Source: Candidatus Bathyarchaeota archaeon | GTDB lineage: Archaea > Thermoproteota > Bathyarchaeia > Bathyarchaeales > Bathycorpusculaceae | Direction: 5' to 3' | Assembly (NCBI GenBank): GCA_963782525.1 | Contig: CAWAKC010000007.1 | Location: forward strand, 192,001 to 256,000 | Length of the DNA stretch: 64,000 nucleotides | Part shown: piece by piece, positions 40,178-47,530 of the stretch | Position numbering within the stretch: the stretch's first letter is position 1 | Layout: each line of letters starts with the position of its first letter | The notes under the pieces: generated by a model | Told to the model about the DNA's origin: nothing | Databases searched by the model: none | Seen by the model: the letters and a program-made list of their open reading frames with translations, nothing else | Made by a program: the position numbers and the translations under genes

Positions 40178-41115
40178 TTTTTTATCTCCTTATAATGATG
40201 AGTACCCGTATTTTCTAAGAATAGGTCAATCTTCTGGACAATCTCCATGAACGCCTTAGCTGCAGGAGAGGTTTTGTTTTCAGTAATGAAAGTCAATCCG
40301 TTGTCTGAGTCGTTACAGATGCTAGGGTCTATTGGAATACTGCCTAAGAGAGGAACTGACATCTCTTCAGCTATCTTTTTCCCTCCACCGGTTTTAAAAA
40401 TGTTAACTTTAGCTCCGCATTCAGGACAGACAAAACCACTCATGTTCTCAACTATGCCGATTATAGGTACGCCTATTTGCTTGGCAAACGTGACGGCCTT
40501 TTTGACTACGCCTTGCGAAACTTCAGAAGGCATAGTCACAATGACGACGCCGTCCATGTCTGGAATCAACTGGGCAACGCTCAATGATTCGTCTCCAGTT
40601 CCAGGCGGCAGGTCGATGAATAAATAGTCCAGTTCTCCCCATGTTACGTCAGATAGAAATTGTTGGATAGCTTTCATTTTCAATGGACCGCGCCAAATAA
40701 CAGGTGCTTCATCGTTTGGAAGAAAAAAATCCATTGATACAACTTTTATTCCTAGTTTGCCAGTAACTGGAAACATCATTCCCCCTGGCCCGCCTACAAG
40801 CGTCTGCCCTTTAAGGCCAAGCATCTTTGGAATACATGGACCGTGAATATCTGCATCAAGAACCCCGACTTTATCTTTGTGACCTTGCAATGCGAAGGCC
40901 ATGGCAAGATTTGCGGTTACGGTGCTTTTGCCAACGCCACCCTTGCCGCTGATAATTGCTACTTTATGCTTAATTTTGCTCAGTTTCAATTTTAGTTTTT
41001 GCTCTTGTTCATACTGTTGCTTTCTCTGATCCTCGCAACCGTCAGATGTTGAGCATGAATTGCATTTCCCGTCACATTCCTCAGCGACGTTCACCTGCTT
41101 CGTTGTATTTGTCAT
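40174..41115 (-). CDS. mrp: Mrp/NBP35 Fe-S carrier ATPase
   Basis: N-terminal Cys cluster, SGKGGVGKST, DADIHGP, WRGP, DLPPGTGD, ENMSGFVCPEC. Confidence 0.93.
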   Translation of the reverse strand: MTNTTKQVNVAEECDGKCNSCSTSDGCEDQRKQQYEQEQKLKLKLSKIKHKVAIISGKGGVGKSTVTANLAMAFALQGHKDKVGVLDADIHGPCIPKMLGLKGQTLVGGPGGMMFPVTGKLGIKVVSMDFFLPNDEAPVIWRGPLKMKAIQQFLSDVTWGELDYLFIDLPPGTGDESLSVAQLIPDMDGVVIVTMPSEVSQGVVKKAVTFAKQIGVPIIGIVENMSGFVCPECGAKVNIFKTGGGKKIAEEMSVPLLGSIPIDPSICNDSDNGLTFITENKTSPAAKAFMEIVQKIDLFLENTGTHHYKEIKK

Positions 41116-41140
41116 TTTTTCACCGTCTAATGCGGAATTA

Positions 41141-41186
41141 GTATATTAGGTAAATAATATTAATACCTTTTGTTTATAAAATAAAC
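41141..41186. promoter_or_regulatory. Repeated two-box operator/TATA motif, copy C
   Basis: GTATAttaggTAAAT-aa-TATTAATA-N6-GTTTAtaaaaTAAAC, upstream of the mrp operon. Confidence 0.75.
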
Positions 41187-41616
41187 TAAGTCATTTAGTC
41201 TATAACACTTGGTAACAGTAATACTTCATCAATAGATTCACAGAGTCTATTGCCAATTTCACTTTTCTTGAAATCACAACACCCTTCCAGTCTGTTTTAG
41301 TTACACTTCCTCTGAGCATTCATTATTAAAATTTCACAAATGGAGATATCATACATTGTTACATAATCCTGTGGACTTTCAAGTTGAAACATCGCTCTAG
41401 ATTTAGAGGCCCAGAAACCCTCCTTATTGGGCGTATTAAGTTTCTCTGACATGAAATAGCGCGCTGCCTTGTCCCGATATTAGGTGTCAAAGTAGGTTAA
41501 CTATGATCAAAGGAATCATAATATTACAGGTTTATGAGGGGTTGTAGTTGGAGGGTTACAGTCACACGTAGTTATATTATCGTGCGCGTTAATTCAACTA
41601 TAAAAGATGATATTAT

Positions 41617-41787
41617 ATGGCACACTGTCATGATATGAAAATAGGTCAGGTTTATTTTTGTGAAGAATGTGGACTCGAACTAAAGGTTGAAAAGAACTGC
41701 ACTGTAGACGGTAACCACCCCAAAGGAGTATCTTGTACTCGTTGCGTTCATGTCTGCTGCAACAAAGATATGAAATTAAAAGCGTAA
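41617..41787 (+). CDS. 56-aa Cys/His-rich desulforedoxin-like metal-binding protein (not in the ORF track)
   Basis: MAHCHDMKIGQVYFCEECGLELKV...CTRCVHVCCNKDMKLKA: CxxCG plus CC..M desulforedoxin pattern. Confidence 0.75.
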   Translation: MAHCHDMKIGQVYFCEECGLELKVEKNCTVDGNHPKGVSCTRCVHVCCNKDMKLKA

Positions 41788-41802
41788 TCAAGCGTTGATG
41801 AT

Positions 41803-41907
41803 ATGTGTGAAGATGTTCCGAAGAAAGATGGTTCTGGAAAAGGTAGAGGGCAGCTTGGGAAAGGTTGCGATAGGAAGCCGCGAAAGAGAAAAGGAAAGAA
41901 TCAATAA
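41803..41907 (+). CDS. Possible 34-aa basic Gly/Lys-rich peptide
   Basis: MCEDVPKKDGSGKGRGQLGKGCDRKPRKRKGKNQ, 15 nt after the previous ORF; resembles DUF5320-type N-termini. Confidence 0.4.
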   Translation: MCEDVPKKDGSGKGRGQLGKGCDRKPRKRKGKNQ

Positions 41908-42344
41908 AGTTATCGAGCTTAGGCATATCTGCAACAACAGCTGGACTTTTCGGGCGAGGCACCTTCTACTCTAAAGTTCACAACGCGCGAAATACTCTCA
42001 TGAAGAGTTAATGCTTCGAGAATCAAAACCATCATCTGAACTATTTCGGTAAAGAAAAAAGGGATAGCGGAGACTTCGCGTGCGTAAATATAACAGTCTT
42101 GGCATAAAACTTATACATGAAAATTATGGGAGTCTCCCTCTTTGAGGATTACCCTACAACTACCACACTGAATGCAGATAATCACTTTAATTATACTTCC
42201 CTTTGTTTATTTCCCTTGCGCTTCAGCTGTCAAAACATCCAGCATAACTACACATTCGGCTTTTAAAGCATAAGCAACACGAGCTTATTTGAAATGGACA
42301 AAATTATTCAGCCACACGCCTCGTTGAAGAGCAGGAACTGTTAG

Positions 42345-44423
42345 TTACGAACCTTTTGGTTTGTAAGTACACCATGGTTCCTCTGCTAAGTAGTCACCGT
42401 GCAGTTCAGTAGGTTCATGTAAATCGCCACAGAAATCTATGAAATCGCTAGTCAACCCATAAGCCCGAGCTCGGCAACCGCCGCAAACCTCATTATACTC
42501 ACATTTACCGCATTTGCCTTTCAGTTTCTTGAAATCTCGCAGGTTTCGAAGAACCTCTGAGTTGAACCAGATGTCCTTAAAGGATTTTTGGCGGATGTTA
42601 CCCAGAGCAATCGGAAGATAAGGACAAGGCGTAACTTCTCCAGTAGGGTAGATGCGACAGTAATATAACCCAGCCATGCAGCCTCTGACCCAACGGGTCA
42701 TGTCAATTCCAGTTTCCTGTGCAATACGCATGAACTGGGGTGCACAAGACGGCTTAACGTTAAGATTATACTGCATACTCTTTGAGAATGAAGAAGTGAT
42801 AATCTTTTCGTACATTTCAGGAGTTATATCTTCGATTCTTGCCCCTCTGCCCGTAGGAACTAAAAAGAACAAATGAAAATTCTCTGCGCCCAATTTTTCA
42901 GCTAAGGCAAAGATATCGCCCATTTGAGTGTAATTCTGCCGCGTCACAGTTGTGTTTACCTGAACAACTACTTCATTTCTTTTGAGTGCTTTAATTGCTT
43001 CCACAGCTCGTTGCCAAGAGCCTGTTACTCCTCGAAATTGATCATGCAATTCAGGCACGCTTGAGTCGAGACTGATTGACACCGTAGTTATCCCTGCATC
43101 TTTCAGTTTCCGCGCCACAATATCGTTAATTAGCATGCCGTTGCTCCCCATCGCCATCTTTAAACCGCGCTCTGTACCATATCTGATGAGTTCAAAAATG
43201 TCCTTTCTGAGCAGAGGTTCCCCGCCGCTTAGAATAAGTAAAGGTTTGCTGACTTCGGCAATCTGATGTATAAGCAGTTTTGCAGCATCAGTACTGAGTT
43301 CACTAATGTCTTTCTTTTCATCTGCATTTATGTAGCAGTGTGCACATTTCAAGTTGCATTTTGCTGTCACGTTCCAAGAAATCACCAGAGGAATGAATTT
43401 CGCTTTAGCCTCGTTTGATGGTTGGGCAAGTTTAAGGTGAAATTCGCATTTCCCATCAGAGGACATTCGTTTAGGTCGCGACATTTCAAATGTGAAAGGC
43501 AGAACAGTTTCAAACATAGCCTTTGCGTGGGCAACACAGAAATGATTGCAGAAGAGTTCAGCTGTTCCAGCCTCTGCCTTGAGTCTATCCAATATGTAAT
43601 TATGGCTTCCAAAGATAGGGCAATTCAAAAACCGCATAGAACCCTCTAGCTCAGACATATTCATCTTAAATTCAATATAATGGTCACTTAGCATGATTGT
43701 CTGCAGTTTCTGCCTCGAGATTCCAGCTCTAAGAGTCACGTTGAGGGCGGCAGTTGCCGTTGCCTTTCCAAACTTTTCTTGGACGCTATCCATAACCTTG
43801 CTGACGCGTTCGATCCCAAGATTACTTGTCAAATCAGCCAGAATCAAGAAGCCCTTTATTGTCGCGTATTCTTGCCTCATACGCATATCAATGACATTTG
43901 TCGCCCATTCTAAGAATGTTCTTTGCAACTCAAGTTCAGCGTTAAAATCTTCTCTTTTAAGCATGATTTCAACGGTTTTGGTCTTTTCTGTAAGTTTTTC
44001 GAATAAGGCGATTTTTTCTTCTTCTTCCAGGGTGACTTTGCATAATGTTGGTTTAGAGTTGACCTCTATTTTCAGCTTTTTGGTGAGTTCTTTAACATCC
44101 GAAACAAACGCGTCGAAGAAAGTCAACTCGCGAGCGGTGACGTCAGGTTCATCAAGTCCAAGTTCCTCCAATACAAATTTGGGCTCTGCCTCCATTTTAG
44201 TCACCATCGCCATATGATAAAGCAAAGATCCTTCCATACCAGGATCTGTGTCCTTGCTGTTTCGCGATTCTTCGCCATGAAAAATTTCAGAGACAAACAT
44301 CTGGGCTGTTTCAAAGTTTCCAGAGTGTATTGCTGCTATTGCTTGCTCCATCTTGCGACTTCTTTTTTCTAATAAAACAGCCCATTTGTGGCAATGTGCC
44401 TCATTGTATCTCGTCAGTTCCAT
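42345..44423 (-). CDS. Ahb/NirJ-like radical SAM/SPASM enzyme with a roughly 340-aa N-terminal fusion
   Basis: ISWNVTAKCNLKCAHCY, SGGEPLLR, FFLVPTGRG, PSCAPQF, GCMAG..YC.I...G.V.PCPY, KGKCGKCEY..VCGGCRARA. Confidence 0.88.
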   Translation of the reverse strand: MELTRYNEAHCHKWAVLLEKRSRKMEQAIAAIHSGNFETAQMFVSEIFHGEESRNSKDTDPGMEGSLLYHMAMVTKMEAEPKFVLEELGLDEPDVTARELTFFDAFVSDVKELTKKLKIEVNSKPTLCKVTLEEEEKIALFEKLTEKTKTVEIMLKREDFNAELELQRTFLEWATNVIDMRMRQEYATIKGFLILADLTSNLGIERVSKVMDSVQEKFGKATATAALNVTLRAGISRQKLQTIMLSDHYIEFKMNMSELEGSMRFLNCPIFGSHNYILDRLKAEAGTAELFCNHFCVAHAKAMFETVLPFTFEMSRPKRMSSDGKCEFHLKLAQPSNEAKAKFIPLVISWNVTAKCNLKCAHCYINADEKKDISELSTDAAKLLIHQIAEVSKPLLILSGGEPLLRKDIFELIRYGTERGLKMAMGSNGMLINDIVARKLKDAGITTVSISLDSSVPELHDQFRGVTGSWQRAVEAIKALKRNEVVVQVNTTVTRQNYTQMGDIFALAEKLGAENFHLFFLVPTGRGARIEDITPEMYEKIITSSFSKSMQYNLNVKPSCAPQFMRIAQETGIDMTRWVRGCMAGLYYCRIYPTGEVTPCPYLPIALGNIRQKSFKDIWFNSEVLRNLRDFKKLKGKCGKCEYNEVCGGCRARAYGLTSDFIDFCGDLHEPTELHGDYLAEEPWCTYKPKGS

Positions 44424-44456
44424 CGTACTCCTGATAAAGTTTCCTGCAAAATCACG

Positions 44457-45668
44457 TCAATTTTTCGAACTTGACGCTTGTAGCTGCCCAGAACTATTTC
44501 CTTCAGCGGCTTTTCGCAATAATGCTGCTTTGTCAGTTCTCTCCCATGTGAAGTCAGGATCGTTTCTTCCGAAATGTCCAAACACAGCGGTTTTTCTATA
44601 TATCGGTCTTTGAAGATCTAAGTGATCTATGATTGCTTTGGGTCTCATGTCAAAATATTTTTTTACCAATTCGAGGATTTTCTCATTAGGTATCTTGCCC
44701 GTACGAAACGTGTTTACCATTACTGAGACTGGTTGGGCAACACCTATTGCATAGGATATTTGGGTCTCGCATTGATCTGCCAATCCTGCCGCAACAATGT
44801 TTTTGGCGATGTATCTTGCCATGTAGCAGCCTGAGCGGTCAACTTTTGAAGGGTCTTTGCCTGAGAAACAGCCTCCGCCATGCCTTCCGACGCCACCATA
44901 CGTGTCAACGATGATTTTCCGACCCGTTAAGCCTGAATCTGCTAAGGTTCCTCCGACCACGAATCTTCCTGTTCCATTGACTATGTACTTTGTCTCTGAA
45001 TCCAGCAGGTTGGCAGGTATAACTTTCTTTATCACCTGATTTATGATGTCTTCCCGTATCTTCTCTGCATCAATCTCGGGAGCATGTTGAGCAGCAATTA
45101 CGACGGCATCCACCCTCTTTGGTTTTCCATTAACATATTCAACGGTAGCCTGAGATTTACCATCCGGTCGTAAATAGGGCAATATTCCTTTTTTCCTACA
45201 TTCAGACAGTCTTTCAACAAGTTTATGTGCAAGCATAATAGGTAAAGGCATCAACTCTTTTGTCTCATTTGTGGCATAGCCGAATACCATGCCCTGGTCT
45301 CCAGCCCCCTGTTCATGTCCATTGCTTTCGTTCACACCTACTGCGATATCTGGAGACTGCTCCGTAAAAGAAACTAGGATACCGCAGGTTTCGGAGTCCA
45401 AACCGTCTTTAGCGTTGTCAAAACCTATTTCCTTCAAAGTCTTTCTAACAACGTTTGGGATAGGTACATAGCAGGAAGTTGTGATTTGACCTGTGACTAT
45501 GATGTTGCCTTGCATGATTAATGTTTCACAATCTACCCTTGCTTTAGGGTCTTTGCTAATTATGGCATCTACGACGCTGTCCGATATTTGGTCTGCGACT
45601 TTATCGGGATGACCCTCTGCAACGGATTCAGAGGAAAACATGTGCCGACCATTTATTGTTGAGGCCAT
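44457..45668 (-). CDS. metK: S-adenosylmethionine synthetase, bacterial/eukaryotic type
   Basis: [71 protein letters not shown]. Confidence 0.96.
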   Translation of the reverse strand: MASTINGRHMFSSESVAEGHPDKVADQISDSVVDAIISKDPKARVDCETLIMQGNIIVTGQITTSCYVPIPNVVRKTLKEIGFDNAKDGLDSETCGILVSFTEQSPDIAVGVNESNGHEQGAGDQGMVFGYATNETKELMPLPIMLAHKLVERLSECRKKGILPYLRPDGKSQATVEYVNGKPKRVDAVVIAAQHAPEIDAEKIREDIINQVIKKVIPANLLDSETKYIVNGTGRFVVGGTLADSGLTGRKIIVDTYGGVGRHGGGCFSGKDPSKVDRSGCYMARYIAKNIVAAGLADQCETQISYAIGVAQPVSVMVNTFRTGKIPNEKILELVKKYFDMRPKAIIDHLDLQRPIYRKTAVFGHFGRNDPDFTWERTDKAALLRKAAEGNSSGQLQASSSKN

Positions 45669-45833
45669 ATGTAACCCTTCAGCTTTCCTTTTTTACCTTT
45701 CAAGGTAGACCTGAACTCTTTTCCTAGTTTTTTACGCAAGGGGGTTAAGCTTAAATCATATTTAACGTTAAATTCATTCATTCTTGTCACCGTTTTCTGC
45801 TTGATTCATGGTAAGGCGTGCATTTTAAAAACA

Positions 45834-45879
45834 GTTTAATAGATAAACCTTATTAATACTTTATGTTTATAAAATAAAC
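45834..45879. promoter_or_regulatory. Repeated two-box operator/TATA motif, copy D
   Basis: GTTTAatagaTAAAC-ct-TATTAATA-N6-GTTTAtaaaaTAAAC, 11 nt before the Lrp start and divergent from metK. Confidence 0.8.
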
Positions 45880-45890
45880 AGTGAAGATGT

Positions 45891-46460
45891 TTGGACGACA
45901 TAGACAAAAAAATAATTACCCAACTCCAAGTAGATGGACGAACAACATTACAAGACTTAGCTAAAAATACAGGCTTCTCAAGCATGGGAACCAAGAAAAG
46001 ACTCGAGCGACTCATAAAAAATGGAACTATAAAAGTATCAGCCCTACTTAATCCAAACGTCCTCAAACTTCACCCAGCAATCGTAATGCTAGAAATGGAA
46101 AGTGCAGAGGCAATGCAGAACGTTCTAGACCGCTTCGAGGAATGCCCCCGGATAATTCAGATATTCAAAACAATGGGAGGCTACAACTTAATCGCGCTTG
46201 TTGTTGCAGAAACAAAAGAAACCCTCGAGAGTATATCCATGGAAAAATGCTCCTTAAGATGTAGCAAAGGAATACGCCGCTCAGAATTCTACCCCATAAG
46301 TGACACATACTTTTCACCATTCCTTCAAATAAGAGAAAACCTGGCCCAAAAAGAGAGAAAGGTAACACCCTGCAAGGTAGAATGCAATCCCTGCAACCGA
46401 TATGAAACCCAGAAATGCGTAGGATGCCCAACCACAAGCCAATACAAAGGGTCTCTATAG
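45891..46460 (+). CDS. Lrp/AsnC regulator with a C-terminal Cys-rich extension
   Basis: DDIDKKII..LQ.DGR HTH, GGYNL RAM domain, tail PCKVECNPCNRYETQKCVGCP. Confidence 0.9.
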   Translation: MDDIDKKIITQLQVDGRTTLQDLAKNTGFSSMGTKKRLERLIKNGTIKVSALLNPNVLKLHPAIVMLEMESAEAMQNVLDRFEECPRIIQIFKTMGGYNLIALVVAETKETLESISMEKCSLRCSKGIRRSEFYPISDTYFSPFLQIRENLAQKERKVTPCKVECNPCNRYETQKCVGCPTTSQYKGSL

Positions 46461-46474
46461 ACCGGAGCCATGAC

Positions 46475-47482
46475 ATGAGCACTTCTGAGCATGAACACAT
46501 AAAGATTGCAGAAGTCGATAGACTGGAAGTTCTTAGTTTAGTTGATAATTCAATTGATTTCATCTCAACAATAAATAAAAAAGAAGTTAAGTCCTATAGA
46601 CAATGGACAACAAAGGGGATGAGCCGAGGATGCACAGATTATTTACAAATGCCCATTGCTGAACATGGATTTTCAATGCTTGTCAAAGTTTTCAACGGAG
46701 GGCAGTCATTCAACATCTTATTTGATACCGGCGTTAGTCCAGACGGAATTGTTGAAAATGCTAAGCGAATGGGTATAGATTTAAGTGAAATAGATTACAT
46801 CGTACTTTCTCATGGGCACTACGATCATTTTGGCGGATTAGAAGCTGCCATAAAAGCCATTAACAAAACCGATTTGCCCATAATAGTCCATAAAAGCATG
46901 TTTAAACGTCGAGGAACAGCAAACTCAAAAGGAATAATTCGAAAACACCCAGAATTTCCAGCAGAAGAACATTTAAACCCGGCTAAAATCGTCTTTACAA
47001 AAAATCCTCACCTGATAGCCAACAAAACTGCTTTCGTAACTGGCGAAATTCCAAGAAAAACAAGCTTTGAAAAAGGTTACTCGCAAAACAGGATCTTATT
47101 TAACAACAGATGGCAATCCGATTCTGATATTTTGGATGAACGAGCCTTAGTTTTTAATTTAAAAGAAAAAGGATTGATAATTATATCCGGTTGCGCTCAT
47201 GCAGGCATAATCAACACCATACGATACGCCCAATTGATCACAGGAGTAACAAATATTTACGCAGTTTTTGGTGGGTTTCATTTGGCCGGAAAAGAATGCG
47301 AAAAAAGAATAAAGCTAACCGTTAAAGAATTGAAACGAATCAATCCAGAGTTAATTATACCTTCACATTGTACAGGTTGGAGGGCAATAACTAACATAGC
47401 TAAAACGTTACCCAACGCTTTTATCTGGAACAGTGTTGGAAACCTCTATCAACTTAATTTTAATGAAACCAATTTAACTTAG
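46475..47482 (+). CDS. MBL-fold metallo-hydrolase (MJ0301-like pterin-related family)
   Basis: AEHGFS, LFDTG, LSHGHYDH.GGL, SGCAHAG, GGFHL, PSHCTG; start taken at the ATG following the Lrp stop. Confidence 0.88.
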   Translation: MSTSEHEHIKIAEVDRLEVLSLVDNSIDFISTINKKEVKSYRQWTTKGMSRGCTDYLQMPIAEHGFSMLVKVFNGGQSFNILFDTGVSPDGIVENAKRMGIDLSEIDYIVLSHGHYDHFGGLEAAIKAINKTDLPIIVHKSMFKRRGTANSKGIIRKHPEFPAEEHLNPAKIVFTKNPHLIANKTAFVTGEIPRKTSFEKGYSQNRILFNNRWQSDSDILDERALVFNLKEKGLIIISGCAHAGIINTIRYAQLITGVTNIYAVFGGFHLAGKECEKRIKLTVKELKRINPELIIPSHCTGWRAITNIAKTLPNAFIWNSVGNLYQLNFNETNLT

Positions 47483-47530
47483 AACTTGGAGAGTCCATGT
47501 TTTGACTAAAATAATTACGAGGAAAGAAAT

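Noticed and set aside
41594-41962. 122-aa minus-strand ORF as a real gene
   Set aside because: Only the first ~20 codons look like a DUF134 start; the rest is antisense to better-supported small ORFs
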